Source: a phage. Taken from it: DNA of 52,202 nt. Positions within the stretch are counted from its first letter, which is position 1, and every line of letters begins with the position of its first letter. The notes under the pieces were generated by a model. The model was not told the DNA's origin. It ran no database searches and saw only the letters and a program-made list of their open reading frames with translations. Both the position numbers and the translations under genes were made by a program. This document shows, one piece after another, positions 1 through 10,432 of the stretch. The stretch lies in NCBI GenBank assembly GCA_028524385.1, contig GCA_028524385.1_3661.2, one strand, 5' to 3'.

Positions 1-1
1 A

Positions 2-1006
2 GCTGACACTATAACTTCTGGGAAACCAGTGGCTAATAATAACGATGTGCATTTTGATGGTCTGGGTAATAACTTTTTTGACTACGTGTACATTCGTGGT
101 AATGCCATGAAGGCAGCAACCGAACCGACATTGCAGGTCGATGGGACCACCAGGGTTAAGAACCTTGAGGTGACAGGTACCGTTACAGGGATAACATACT
201 CTGTCGATGGCACCATGATCTACCCTAGCTATATTGAAAGCACGGGTGATGCACTGATAAATGGCGATTTGGAGGTTGGCGGGTCTGTAGTTATTCGAGG
301 TACAGCCTCTATCCAAAATATATCTCTGAATACTCTAAGAGTCAATGAGCGTGCAACTTTTGAAGGAGAAGGGCTTACAGCCAATAAAGGTACAATTACC
401 GAGCTGACCGCCACCACTTTAACTGCAACAACTGCAAACTCTGAAAACTGCAACATTACCAGAAACTTGCAGGTAAATGGAGATGTCAGTTTAAACGCCT
501 CAGGGACTGGCACCACCTACCTTCACAATCTTGAAATATCCGGCACAGTGACCGGGTGGCTGCCAGACTTCTCTAATGTCAACTTTGTCTGTAATGGCAT
601 TAACTCCAGTGGTAAGATAACCACCTCTCAAGAAATTGAGGCTGGTAAAACCATCACTGCCCCTACTTTCCACGCAGGGAAGGTAGATTTCGATTTAGAG
701 GAGGTTGACGCGTCCAGTGGGACATGGACACCTAACGGGCAGGCCAGTATGTATGTTGTCCACGCTAAAGGGGATTTTACAATAGGGCAGTGGCCTGGAA
801 CATCAGCGGAAGATAAACCTTATCCATTCACTGCAGTTATCTATGTAATTCAGGATGCTGTAGGTCACAACGTGACTCTGCACGATAAGTATGCTATCCT
901 GTCGGCAACACCTGTTATTAACAACAAGGCTAACAGTGTTACCTTGCTGCAATTGACGTATTGTGGTGTTGGTGATATCGTAGACGTAGTAATTGCACAA
1001 CGTTAA
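2..1006 (+). CDS. tail fiber protein, C-terminal part (5' end outside window)
   Basis: Frame open from window edge (track start 29 is only an internal GTG) to TAA 1004-1006; Gly/Thr/Asn/Ser-rich beta-repeat composition typical of phage fibers. Confidence 0.5.
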   Translation, partial: ADTITSGKPVANNNDVHFDGLGNNFFDYVYIRGNAMKAATEPTLQVDGTTRVKNLEVTGTVTGITYSVDGTMIYPSYIESTGDALINGDLEVGGSVVIRGTASIQNISLNTLRVNERATFEGEGLTANKGTITELTATTLTATTANSENCNITRNLQVNGDVSLNASGTGTTYLHNLEISGTVTGWLPDFSNVNFVCNGINSSGKITTSQEIEAGKTITAPTFHAGKVDFDLEEVDASSGTWTPNGQASMYVVHAKGDFTIGQWPGTSAEDKPYPFTAVIYVIQDAVGHNVTLHDKYAILSATPVINNKANSVTLLQLTYCGVGDIVDVVIAQR

Positions 1007-1015
1007 TATATCTAA

Positions 1016-1040
1016 CCGCTCCTGACGGGGCGGTTTTCTT
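1016..1040 (+). terminator. intrinsic terminator between fiber genes
   Basis: Hairpin ccgctcc-tgac-ggggcgg followed by ttttctt; SD ggag and ATG 1055 downstream. Confidence 0.55.
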
Positions 1041-1054
1041 ATCTGGAGAACACA

Positions 1055-4000
1055 ATGCTTCCAATCCCTTTGCTAAAACTTGGTCGTCATTTCCTCGATA
1101 AGAGGGGTGGAATTAAGGAACTTGCTGTTCTGTCATACCCAATAGACAACAGTGACGGTACAAGCACTGCAGTATCCTATGTAAACAGCTTAGCTATACT
1201 TTTTGACGATGGTCAACTTAATATTACGGGCTATAACAAGTTCGGGGAGTGTCGCACTGGGGATCGTAACCCTATAAACTACCCGAGCGAAACAGCATGG
1301 AATGTTGATCATGTGTGGAGAGCAGACCGTGCGTTTGTGATCCGGACTTTTGATAATCAGTTTTTCTACATCGGCTGCACTGCAGGTCTTATCGGATCCA
1401 CTGCGGCGGGTGGTAATGATGTTTGTGTCAGAGAGTGGACACCTTTGCCGGAACAGATCGTAACAGGGTTGCATTTGGACACCCATCCTGAGAGACTTGT
1501 TGAAGTAATGGGTGGCATAAACAATACAGTGTGGGTAATTGCTGCACCAGAGGCTGATGGTATGCTTCACCTGTACGGCTCTGGCAATAATACTTACGGC
1601 TCTCTTCATGTTGACAAAAATCAACACGCTACTCCAGTTAAGATTGGTGAATCATCTGAAAGTCCAGAGACAGGTCCTTGGAAAAATCCAAGAATTAATT
1701 GTGAAGTTCATGACAACTCGGTTATTTTTGGTGGTCCTAACGGATTCTGGATTGCAGGTTACGATTTCTTAAGAAATAACAGCAAAAACACACCAGTTTA
1801 TCCAGCCGAGCATGTGACTCTTGACCAGTTTAAAGGCATCCCAGTGGGCGAGACATGGAAAGGGTTCATGTGTGGACCTAATGGTGCAATTATAGCCACA
1901 GAAAGGATGCACAAACCTGATGACCAACAACTTGTTAATGTGTTTTATGGTCAGGATGTTTGGGGTGACGACACGTGGAGAAGCCTTAACATCACCTATA
2001 CCCATGAAGTAATTATGGCTCGCGGGTACGGGACTAGTGGAATTTTCTTCAATAATGGTACAAAACAGTACCGTGGTTTCTCCAGAAACCTGTGTAACGA
2101 TATTGGTGCTCAATCTGCTAATAATAATCCTAGGGCCAATTTTATTCATTACAGAGCGCTGGCAACAGCTAAGTTTGTTGAACAGACAGAGCCAGTAAGC
2201 TGGACAGAAAGCGTTTATTTTCAAGGGATCCACAGGGAAGGTTTCTTAGGCACATTCTGTGTGGTAAATGGAAAGCTTTGGTGGTCAGGTATCCCAAGGG
2301 GCAGTTTTTCAGGCTCTAATAACCTGTTCGGCGGCAGACTTAACAGCCAAGGGTTCACAGAGATTCCTGAGAATTGGTATAAAAATGTTCCGGTAGATAG
2401 CTGGAGTATCGAAGACATCTTTGATGTCAATGGTGTAAGCAGTGTTAGCAATATATACATTGGCGACACTGTCAAAATGAAGTTGAAACCTCAACCGGAG
2501 GGTGCTACGTTCATTATTGACAAGATTGAGCTCGTGAACGCTGCAGGTACTGTTGTTACAGATGCAAACTATCAGTTCTCTACTAACTGGAACCATGGCG
2601 GTGCTAACGAGATTGTGGTTACCCAGCATAACCGTAACATCAACAGACGCGGTCTGTATTCTGTCAAGATCACCTATCATGATAAACATGGCGCTGGAAG
2701 AACCCACACCACACGAAACTTAAACTGGAACATTATAGTTCCTGCATATCCGTCAGACGGCAAATGGCACACTGTTGGCAGGAAGAAACAGTTCCATGTA
2801 AACGATACTGTATACTTTGGGCTTAACGGCTCTCAGCCTGCTCCAGAAAGCGATACAGCATATATGGTTAGGCTTCACAGGCAAGATGCCGGATCTACCA
2901 CGTATGATGTGACCCAGGAGATCTACGACCAGAGACGCAGTATCTATGACAATCTTGTGAAAACACAAGCCTTGTGGGAGTTCAACCCTAACGGCAAAGG
3001 CGGGAAGATGCTGCAGGTTAACGAGCAGAACGGAACATCGTTAACAGTGCACGAGCATGCTGATCCATGGCCTGATCCTGGTAAGCCTCACCCAGGTGCT
3101 CGCACACTGAAAGTTGTTAGCCACAACGCAGGGTATTTCGGGATACGTTGGGAAGCTACAGTAAAATATGTTGATGGAACAACAAACAATATAGGTATTA
3201 CTCTGGGTGGTACCAGTGAAGATAGTTCTCTGAAAATTGCCTACACCCCTAGAGGCATCTCTATTGACAATATGGATATAGTTCGTAACGGTTACGGTGA
3301 TGTAAACATCAAAGTTACCCTCGGTGAACATCTTGGTGGAGAAAGGATCATCATGTATGCCTTTGACCATGATCCTCGCACCAATGGAACCTATGCAAAT
3401 CAGGCGTGGAGTTACCTGATAAATGCACCTGAGCCAAATACTAAAGAGTTTTATTATGGTATGAAGCGCGATGTGTGCAAGAAAACAGGAACACATGACT
3501 GGATCGCTATCTGCGTTAAAGATGAGCGGACAGCTTGGGACGAGCCTGTTAACAGATGGTTCATAGGAATCCCAACCAGAAGTGATAAATATGTCACAGA
3601 ATATATTGTGTGCATGGGCGGCACCAACCTGAACCTGTGTTGGAACGAAGATGCAAACAAATATTCCGATTATGACTATATGAGAGATATCTCTTGTAAT
3701 CAGTGGTTTAACCAGACTACAGGTTACCCTCCGCGTCAGGCGAGAGTAAACCCTGCAATCTTCACAGATACGCAGGTTTTCTTGACAAAACAGGCCAACG
3801 AGGTTCAGACCTTCAAGAACAAATACGACCCTAACAAGTGGTTTTATAACTGTTATGGCGCATTTTTCTGGGGTCCGGGGGAACTACCTAACGGGGGATC
3901 TTGCTTCGAGGCTGCAACCTATGGCAGCGACTATATTATGGGGCAAGTCAAGAAATACAAAATGATCCCTGGTCCTGAAACCCTGGGTAATGCTGTTGAC

Positions 4001-6691
4001 CCGTATATAGTCTTCTCGTCTGTCCATGCAAATATGAACGGAGAGAAGTATCCGTTCGACGTTCCGGTAGCCAATAGATACAGACGTGTCGTGATGATCA
4101 TTAAGTGCGACCTGATAGGTAAGCAAGTTCCTGCTGAAAACGGAACATCAACACACCCGTTTGAAATTGCTCTGCACTACCAATTTGCAGATTCGCCTTT
4201 TGCAGGGGATAAGAGAATATCTGATACAGATGCACAGCGTTGTAAGAAGGTATTGTTAGGTGCTGGATGGTGGTGGTATGAGTTTGACTTGACAGACAAA
4301 CTCACAGACAACACAAAAACTCTTACAGGTATTCGTCTGGACCTTGGTGAAAACATGCACAAAAGTGTCTGCGATGGCACCTATGGTGATCCTACAGTAC
4401 ACTTGAAATATGTTTCTCTTGAGCATCCGGAGGAAACTGTTATTGGCCCCAAACTGAGACTGTTTGGCAGCTGGATTGCTAAAGACAGAGTAGGAATGGG
4501 TAAAAAGGTAAGAGGATTCCTGATGGATGCGGGGACAGAAGACATGCTGGTTAATGCAGTGTGGCCTACTCTAGAGGGAACCGACTACAACAATGCTGCA
4601 AGATCTGTCAACTGGTTTAACATCCACAGAGCCATGTGGACTACCAACTGCTATTTGTGGAGAGAGCTTAACGATAATGCCTTCGGCTTCAGCAATGGCA
4701 GAAGGATGGCTATCATTTGCTGGACAACACTGCAACGTTGCTATGACCACAACTATGAAATAGGTGGTAGAGCGTGGAAAGACACCAGGGATAGAATTGT
4801 GTACAACTTTGCAGACGACAACGGTGGTGGAGCGTATAACTTCGGCACAAGCAGACTTATCCACTTAAACGGATCCTCGGCCTACAAGAAAGAAGGTTAC
4901 TCTGGATCCATGATTGAGTGGGGTCTGGTAAAAGATGCTCGCGTATTGATGGGCCAACAACTTGCTGCTGCAATAGGTCCTAACGCAGTGCAATCTGTTA
5001 AACCAGCGTGGTTCGATATTCCATTGTGGTCATCCGGCACACCAGGGACTGCTGCAATCAATCCTACCACGGGAGATCTGGAAATCTCTTGGGAAGACTT
5101 GAAGCAGGTTGGGGGCTGGGATAAGACAGGGTATCAGGTGCAGTGGTGGAAATCTGACGGATCGTTAGCAGCTGATGAGTTTGTTAAGGACAATTTCTAC
5201 ACCATGTCTTCTGCAAAAGCACAGCAATTGTTTGGTCAGGCCACTCCGTCAACGATCACCATGTCTATGTGTTGTAAAGACAACAGGACTGGAGCTCTGG
5301 GACCAAGGGTTGCTAAAGTTTTCTCAGGTATCAAATGGAATCTACCTGTTCAAAGTGTTTCATGGAAGCAAATAGGTGATAACAGGCTGCTGGTTACTCC
5401 TGCTTGCCAGTTCAACGCAACTCTTAACGTTGTTCCGGTTGTTGCAGCAAACTCAGCCAAAGCTTCTGACTTCTCTGTGTCTAACACTGCCATGGCAGAT
5501 GTGAGAAAGATTGACACACTGAATGCAAGAATCACCTGTAAAAACACTTATGGCACCTTCCAGGTTATCAACAACTTCACAGATGCCGATTCTAAGGTGG
5601 TGAGAACCGCAAGCCAGACCTTGCGTTTAGGGACTTTGGCTTATGCAGCATTGATCACTGAGCAGTCATCTACCCTTCAGGGTGGTGGCGTAGGCAAGTC
5701 TATTACAACACCTGTTTGGAAGCCTAACGAGTGGGTTGTGTTTGATTTGACTGTTGACTTCTCCAGTGATAATAACTGGACGTGGGTAAGGGATTGCTTG
5801 TCTCAGTTAATGGGTGGTCCAAGCTCTATCAGGGATAGCCACGACTCTACCGATCCTGGCGTGTTCCAAGTGGGTAAAACTCACCCAGAGACCGGGGCTA
5901 CATTGCCTGACAGGAAGTATGCTTTGGTTTGCATCTCCCACGGCAAGGCCGATGTCACATTCTCAGGGACACATACTTATAACGGAACCTACAACTTCTC
6001 AAGAAAATACAGCCTCAAGGCTGGGAATATTGTAGATGAGGTTGGGGTGTTGTATAACCCTGGCAATGGCATAGGTATTGTTGGCGGTAAACTGCAGATG
6101 CAGGAACCCTCTATCACCCCTTCCAACGTAACAGGGATCAGAAAGACTTGGGAAAGTAGTAATACTGGCATAGCAACCGTTGATGCTAACACAGGACTGG
6201 TAACATTTAAAGCGCCCGGTAATGTCAACATAACGTTTGTAGTTACGGATGATGCAGGCCGCAAGACGTCTTCAACATCTTTCACTGTCAAACAGATGAC
6301 ACCACAGTGGAGAATGTGGATAGGCAGAGCAACAAACGGGGCATACCCAAATCCGGCAGGGACTTCAGGAATGAAGACTTTCTCTGCAAGCAGACCGATG
6401 GAGTATGGCAGCGGTCCTAAAGTAGGGCAAATGGTGTACTTCGGCGCATATATTCCTGAAATTATAGGGCTTCCGAGAAATCAGATCCAGTTGCTGTTCG
6501 GATCTGGAGTTGACGAGCTTGCTACTTTCGGGTATAGCGATAACATCGAGGCTGCAAGAAGTTCCGGATGGGTAGGGTTCAGACTGCAGTTGGCAGTAGA
6601 AGGCAGGGTCATGGGGTTTGGCTCCATAGGTGCCATGCTTCCTGGTGATCAGCAGTATGATCTTGAAGCTTATGCAACTTTCTCTCGTTAA
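1055..6691 (+). CDS. large tail fiber / receptor-binding protein (1878 aa) with C-terminal Ig-like domain
   Basis: Longest ORF; SD ggag 7 nt upstream; size and composition of phage fibers; Ig-like (BIG2-type) segment ...VTGIRKTWESSNTGIATVDANTGLVTFKAPGNVNITFVVTDDAG... near C-terminus. Confidence 0.65.
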   Translation: MLPIPLLKLGRHFLDKRGGIKELAVLSYPIDNSDGTSTAVSYVNSLAILFDDGQLNITGYNKFGECRTGDRNPINYPSETAWNVDHVWRADRAFVIRTFDNQFFYIGCTAGLIGSTAAGGNDVCVREWTPLPEQIVTGLHLDTHPERLVEVMGGINNTVWVIAAPEADGMLHLYGSGNNTYGSLHVDKNQHATPVKIGESSESPETGPWKNPRINCEVHDNSVIFGGPNGFWIAGYDFLRNNSKNTPVYPAEHVTLDQFKGIPVGETWKGFMCGPNGAIIATERMHKPDDQQLVNVFYGQDVWGDDTWRSLNITYTHEVIMARGYGTSGIFFNNGTKQYRGFSRNLCNDIGAQSANNNPRANFIHYRALATAKFVEQTEPVSWTESVYFQGIHREGFLGTFCVVNGKLWWSGIPRGSFSGSNNLFGGRLNSQGFTEIPENWYKNVPVDSWSIEDIFDVNGVSSVSNIYIGDTVKMKLKPQPEGATFIIDKIELVNAAGTVVTDANYQFSTNWNHGGANEIVVTQHNRNINRRGLYSVKITYHDKHGAGRTHTTRNLNWNIIVPAYPSDGKWHTVGRKKQFHVNDTVYFGLNGSQPAPESDTAYMVRLHRQDAGSTTYDVTQEIYDQRRSIYDNLVKTQALWEFNPNGKGGKMLQVNEQNGTSLTVHEHADPWPDPGKPHPGARTLKVVSHNAGYFGIRWEATVKYVDGTTNNIGITLGGTSEDSSLKIAYTPRGISIDNMDIVRNGYGDVNIKVTLGEHLGGERIIMYAFDHDPRTNGTYANQAWSYLINAPEPNTKEFYYGMKRDVCKKTGTHDWIAICVKDERTAWDEPVNRWFIGIPTRSDKYVTEYIVCMGGTNLNLCWNEDANKYSDYDYMRDISCNQWFNQTTGYPPRQARVNPAIFTDTQVFLTKQANEVQTFKNKYDPNKWFYNCYGAFFWGPGELPNGGSCFEAATYGSDYIMGQVKKYKMIPGPETLGNAVDPYIVFSSVHANMNGEKYPFDVPVANRYRRVVMIIKCDLIGKQVPAENGTSTHPFEIALHYQFADSPFAGDKRISDTDAQRCKKVLLGAGWWWYEFDLTDKLTDNTKTLTGIRLDLGENMHKSVCDGTYGDPTVHLKYVSLEHPEETVIGPKLRLFGSWIAKDRVGMGKKVRGFLMDAGTEDMLVNAVWPTLEGTDYNNAARSVNWFNIHRAMWTTNCYLWRELNDNAFGFSNGRRMAIICWTTLQRCYDHNYEIGGRAWKDTRDRIVYNFADDNGGGAYNFGTSRLIHLNGSSAYKKEGYSGSMIEWGLVKDARVLMGQQLAAAIGPNAVQSVKPAWFDIPLWSSGTPGTAAINPTTGDLEISWEDLKQVGGWDKTGYQVQWWKSDGSLAADEFVKDNFYTMSSAKAQQLFGQATPSTITMSMCCKDNRTGALGPRVAKVFSGIKWNLPVQSVSWKQIGDNRLLVTPACQFNATLNVVPVVAANSAKASDFSVSNTAMADVRKIDTLNARITCKNTYGTFQVINNFTDADSKVVRTASQTLRLGTLAYAALITEQSSTLQGGGVGKSITTPVWKPNEWVVFDLTVDFSSDNNWTWVRDCLSQLMGGPSSIRDSHDSTDPGVFQVGKTHPETGATLPDRKYALVCISHGKADVTFSGTHTYNGTYNFSRKYSLKAGNIVDEVGVLYNPGNGIGIVGGKLQMQEPSITPSNVTGIRKTWESSNTGIATVDANTGLVTFKAPGNVNITFVVTDDAGRKTSSTSFTVKQMTPQWRMWIGRATNGAYPNPAGTSGMKTFSASRPMEYGSGPKVGQMVYFGAYIPEIIGLPRNQIQLLFGSGVDELATFGYSDNIEAARSSGWVGFRLQLAVEGRVMGFGSIGAMLPGDQQYDLEAYATFSR

Positions 6692-6703
6692 CGGGGGGTA
6701 AAT

Positions 6704-6733
6704 AAAAAGGGGCCAAACGGCCCCTTTCTTTTT
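6704..6733. terminator. bidirectional intrinsic terminator
   Basis: Hairpin ggggcc-aaac-ggcccc flanked by A5 upstream and T-rich run downstream; sits between convergent genes 1055..6691 (+) and 6738..6938 (-). Confidence 0.7.
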
Positions 6734-6737
6734 ATAA

Positions 6738-6938
6738 TTAATAATATTCCCAACACGACCCATCTTCAGACGGCTGGACGCGTTTACCTTTGTGGTCAAC
6801 GTAGATATAGCCGCAACCTTCGCAGATAACAGGTGCTGCATAACCTTCCTTCCACTGATCTTCTGTGATTAGTCCTTCCAGATCTCCGCAATCGTGACCA
6901 AACAACTCTTCAGAACAGTCTTTACAAAAATCAGCCAT
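6738..6938 (-). CDS. small zinc-ribbon-like protein
   Basis: 66-aa ORF with CxxC...CxxC pairs (CKDC, CEGC); stop/start packed against next gene. Confidence 0.4.
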   Translation of the reverse strand: MADFCKDCSEELFGHDCGDLEGLITEDQWKEGYAAPVICEGCGYIYVDHKGKRVQPSEDGSCWEYY

Positions 6939-6941
6939 TTA

Positions 6942-7349
6942 TCAGTCCTCGCATTTAATAAATTTTTCTACAGACCCGCCAAGAACAGCTTGTTGCTTGA
7001 GGGCGCTTTCTTCATCGTAGTGAATAGATTTATGTTCCGTGCCTCCAAACTTACCTGTGTGGAAGGTATGCACCCAAATCTCTTTGGGGAGTGAGTTACC
7101 CTCTTCCTTCACCAACTCCCACATTCCCCACAAATGATCCGTAATATCACGGATAAAATATCCCTCACCGAGGTTTGTATTAACACTGTAGGCAGATTTA
7201 TGATCCCCGCAAGTATAACGGACGGCAGTGTATTCCTTGCCTGCTGTAAAATGGGTATCCATGATTATAGCTGTTATAGAGCTGGGGTCTCGAAAGCCTA
7301 AGAATTTTAGCTTAACAATTTCGACTTTTATATTTGTAAGATTATCCAT
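6942..7349 (-). CDS. hypothetical protein
   Basis: 135-aa ORF; SD gaggag upstream of ATG at 7349; promoter immediately upstream. Confidence 0.45.
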   Translation of the reverse strand: MDNLTNIKVEIVKLKFLGFRDPSSITAIIMDTHFTAGKEYTAVRYTCGDHKSAYSVNTNLGEGYFIRDITDHLWGMWELVKEEGNSLPKEIWVHTFHTGKFGGTEHKSIHYDEESALKQQAVLGGSVEKFIKCED

Positions 7350-7379
7350 GACAGTCTCCTCTGCTTGGTTGGTGGGATA

Positions 7380-7408
7380 ATCATATAAAAATTCTGCGTT
7401 GATGTCAA
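7380..7408 (-). promoter_or_regulatory. sigma70-type promoter (leftward)
   Basis: On minus strand TTGACA-17 nt-TATGAT, about 30 nt upstream of start at 7349. Confidence 0.5.
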
Positions 7409-7512
7409 GCTTAATTTTAAGCGATTTAAGAGGGTGTTTGTTTCAGGAAGGCAATCACATAGGGTGGGGCAATTTATGAAGGCACAGGCCTCGTTTGAGG
7501 CCTTAAATTCTA

Positions 7513-7893
7513 TTATGACACTTTGACATAGCGCTCTGACAAAGCTGGGAAGCCAAAAGTAGTGCCTATACTACCATAGGCTATCCACCATTGAAGTTCA
7601 TCGTGACACCATTTTCCGATCAGGAAGGTGCTGGGATAGCGGGTCAGTATTTTGGCATAAGCTTTAGGATCTGCATCTTCTGGGATAATGATGCTTGGAA
7701 CATCTTTGTTATGACCACAGCAGCAGTTTAGAGTTTTCAATCCTGCCGCCCATAGACTCATGATAGGTTTAGCCATGCACTTATCAAGGCACACACGTTT
7801 TTTGCCGTCACGGAGCTTTTTAGGCACATCAACGATAACATTTGGATGCTTGGCACCTTTCACTTTCCAATTATATGATTTACACTTGCACAT
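7513..7893 (-). CDS. Cys-rich hypothetical protein
   Basis: 126-aa ORF with multiple Cys clusters (CKCK, CLDKC, NCCCGH); possible metal-binding, function unknown. Confidence 0.4.
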   Translation of the reverse strand: MCKCKSYNWKVKGAKHPNVIVDVPKKLRDGKKRVCLDKCMAKPIMSLWAAGLKTLNCCCGHNKDVPSIIIPEDADPKAYAKILTRYPSTFLIGKWCHDELQWWIAYGSIGTTFGFPALSERYVKVS

Positions 7894-7944
7894 TTAGTCA
7901 GTCTCCATCTAGAAAGCCATACTATTACGTTTTTGAGGCATACC

Positions 7945-8115
7945 TTACTTAAAGTCTTTGTCACCTATCACGATTGCACGAATCCACTCATTGTGATGTT
8001 TAATGGCGGTAAGGTGTAACATAATGCAGTGATTGTCATTGCTAAACACGGTGCGGTAAGCTTTAGCAGCACCATGATATAACTTCCACATCAGGTAATG
8101 ATATCTTCGTTTCAT
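7945..8115 (-). CDS. small hypothetical protein (56 aa, not in ORF track)
   Basis: ATG overlaps stop of upstream gene (ATGA); SD ggagaaagag 5 nt upstream; translates MKRRYHYLMWKLYHGAAKAYRTVFSNDNHCIMLHLTAIKHHNEWIRAIVIGDKDFK. Confidence 0.3.
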   Translation of the reverse strand: MKRRYHYLMWKLYHGAAKAYRTVFSNDNHCIMLHLTAIKHHNEWIRAIVIGDKDFK

Positions 8116-8591
8116 GGCTCTTTCTCCGGCTCAGGGTCTGGGTAATCTTCAATAATAAAGGGCCATCCGTTCCGCTTAGCATCAGACTTGTACTCAATCT
8201 CCTTCATTGCAAACTCTAACTGATTTTTAGCCGGAATACATGCCGGAGAATCATCAATCCAGATATCTGGGTAGATATCAAACTGCGCCAGGTAGGCTGC
8301 CTTCTGAACACCGCCAGTATAAAACACCCCAACATCAAGCTCCTTGCGCCAATATTCAATGTCCACGTTGTCTTGAGTGATGAACCGAGAAGTCACAAGG
8401 TAGACTGTCCACCTCTCCTTCTTCAGATCCCTGATCAGGCGGGAGAAGATGAAAGGGCTCGCATTAAACGTTCCATCAAAGTCAATGGCAATGATGTGTG
8501 TGCCGTGGCGAGTCTCATATGGATTGCTCGTGGTAAGATTGCTGTAGTTAAAAGGAACTTCTTCCCCGCAGTAGCTGTAGTCCATATTCAC
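8112..8591 (-). CDS. HAD-superfamily phosphatase (putative 5'-deoxynucleotidase)
   Basis: HAD motif I DFDGT near N-terminus (IAIDFDGTF), later ...IWIDDSP... aspartate motif; 159 aa. Confidence 0.5.
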   Translation of the reverse strand: MNMDYSYCGEEVPFNYSNLTTSNPYETRHGTHIIAIDFDGTFNASPFIFSRLIRDLKKERWTVYLVTSRFITQDNVDIEYWRKELDVGVFYTGGVQKAAYLAQFDIYPDIWIDDSPACIPAKNQLEFAMKEIEYKSDAKRNGWPFIIEDYPDPEPEKEP

Positions 8592-8863
8592 ACCTTCTCG
8601 TTGATAAATTTACGGGCGGTTTGGTGAGTTGTTTCTGCTGTCTTCAGAATGATATTAATCTTATTGTCAAGATCATTCATCTCTGCAGTTAATTCAGGAA
8701 TCTCTCCAGCATGCATAGTGAAATCATACATAGACATGCCCAGAATCTCATTGATGCGGCGGTTGCATTCTGCAGCACGCTGGTTCATTTTCCAAGCTAA
8801 CACCAAAGCCTCCTGCGTAGCCTCTAGTGCAAAATCTAATACGTCGGCCTCTTCTTTCGTCAT
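8588..8863 (-). CDS. hypothetical protein
   Basis: 91-aa ORF, start overlaps stop of upstream gene. Confidence 0.4.
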   Translation of the reverse strand: MTKEEADVLDFALEATQEALVLAWKMNQRAAECNRRINEILGMSMYDFTMHAGEIPELTAEMNDLDNKINIILKTAETTHQTARKFINEKV

Positions 8864-8920
8864 CTCAGTCTCTCCTGTTGTATTGTTGGTAGGTGTATGA
8901 ATACCTTATAACTCACCTTT

Positions 8921-9487
8921 TTATTCAAACTGCAATAGTAAGTCCACCACCGCGCTAGGTCTGTCAACAAATTCCCCAGGTCCACATGCCCACAGAGGGT
9001 ATCCGTCCACATACCTCCAAATCCAACCTGCAGTGTGTAGCTCAAGCAGGGCAGTACCGTCCTTACTGTCAACCACTCTTTCCCACAGTGTTGGGCAGCG
9101 AAGCTTGAGAATCGGATCACCTCCCTTATACCCGTCCATGTAGATACCCATTGCAAAGTTCAGCATCATCTTTTTGTGCACTGATCTCTTACTGAGGGTG
9201 CTCATCACTTCCTCTTTGTGAATGTTTGTAAGCTTCTCTTTGGCTACCCGCAGATCGTTGCAACCATTGTTCAGCAGATCTTCCAGACACTTGATCCGGA
9301 GGTCGTGAATGTCTTTGTCGTGTACCGTTGGCACAGGGTCGTAGCGGTATAGCACTGTTGATACAAGGTTGCTCGGGTGTGGGTCTGACAGCAACCCATA
9401 ACCCCAATACTCTTCTGTATCTGAAAGGACAAGACACCCAATGTCTCTGTCAAGCTTTCCTGTGTTGTAAGCCACATTGACCGCCAT
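8921..9487 (-). CDS. hypothetical protein
   Basis: 188-aa ORF in leftward operon. Confidence 0.4.
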   Translation of the reverse strand: MAVNVAYNTGKLDRDIGCLVLSDTEEYWGYGLLSDPHPSNLVSTVLYRYDPVPTVHDKDIHDLRIKCLEDLLNNGCNDLRVAKEKLTNIHKEEVMSTLSKRSVHKKMMLNFAMGIYMDGYKGGDPILKLRCPTLWERVVDSKDGTALLELHTAGWIWRYVDGYPLWACGPGEFVDRPSAVVDLLLQFE

Positions 9488-9489
9488 GA

Positions 9490-9735
9490 CTATAGCTCCA
9501 CTAGCAAAGTGCTTTCAAAGTGCCGTTCATGCAGACCGTTGTAAGGGACCACTTCCACAACACCATCACGGACATACGGGGCCATCATAGTGGTATAATC
9601 TCCAAACGGGTTGGTATTGTCACTAACCACAACCACCTTCTGCCCTTCCTTGGCAGAGTGCCAAATAGATCTGCACTTCATCAGGTGTTCTAGAGCTCCA
9701 GGTAAAATTTTGTTACGTTCTTTACGGGTCTTCAT
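9490..9735 (-). CDS. hypothetical protein
   Basis: 81-aa ORF tightly packed between neighbours. Confidence 0.4.
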   Translation of the reverse strand: MKTRKERNKILPGALEHLMKCRSIWHSAKEGQKVVVVSDNTNPFGDYTTMMAPYVRDGVVEVVPYNGLHERHFESTLLVEL

Positions 9736-10181
9736 AACAGGTATAGCTCCTTATGAAAGTGGTCTTTTAATTTCTCACTGAGAAACTTCTTGATACCTTC
9801 CTCTAAAGTGTTTTCGATGTAGTCCAGCTTAACTGCTTCGATGGACATATCATAGATCGCCAGCTCTAAGCTGTCAAGTCCCATCATAGCATGAACCATA
9901 AGATTTTCATCTTCAGATACATTCAGTGGACTTCCTATAACATCTGTAGGTAGGATAGTTTCCCAATTATTCTGGGGGGTAGTTCTCCCACCATCCACTT
10001 TACGGCGCAGTTCGAAGGTGTTCTTAGTGTAGAACACTTCATAAGAAACGATACGACTATCGCTTTCATAATAAACGAAGTTCAGGTAGGAGCCTAGCCG
10101 CAGTCGGCAAACTTCTACCCCAAACCATTGTTTCTTATAAGAATTCAGGCTAATGCTGTCGCATTCACGTTTGCTCAACAC
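9732..10181 (-). CDS. hypothetical protein
   Basis: 149-aa ORF; overlaps stop of upstream gene. Confidence 0.4.
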   Translation of the reverse strand: MLSKRECDSISLNSYKKQWFGVEVCRLRLGSYLNFVYYESDSRIVSYEVFYTKNTFELRRKVDGGRTTPQNNWETILPTDVIGSPLNVSEDENLMVHAMMGLDSLELAIYDMSIEAVKLDYIENTLEEGIKKFLSEKLKDHFHKELYLL

Positions 10182-10197
10182 GGCTATCTCCTTTTTG

Positions 10198-10431
10198 TTA
10201 ATCTTCGTAAATCAGGATTTCTGCTTTAGGTTTTCGTGCTTTCAGGTCCAGCTCTATCCAGTGCACCATAGCTGTTTCAAGAAAAACAGCTTGGATGCAT
10301 CCGTCCTCAGCGTGCCCCACCAACATAACGAGATCTTCACCTTCGTCATCTGCATCACGAACATAAAGAATCTCTCCAGATTCAAAGTCTTTCACAACCT
10401 GATTGCTAGATAATTTACGAATTTTTGCCAT
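10198..10431 (-). CDS. small protein, member of tandem paralog family
   Basis: 77 aa; shares N-terminal pattern (MA..., S/G-E/T-V/I-V) with the three following ORFs. Confidence 0.45.
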   Translation of the reverse strand: MAKIRKLSSNQVVKDFESGEILYVRDADDEGEDLVMLVGHAEDGCIQAVFLETAMVHWIELDLKARKPKAEILIYED

Positions 10432-10432
10432 A

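Noticed and set aside
1190-6291. Multiple antisense and alternate-frame ORFs inside the large tail fiber gene (for example 1190..1627 -, 1769..2233 -, 3041..3496 -)
   Set aside because: Fully embedded in a long, compositionally consistent ORF; no SD; typical chance ORFs.
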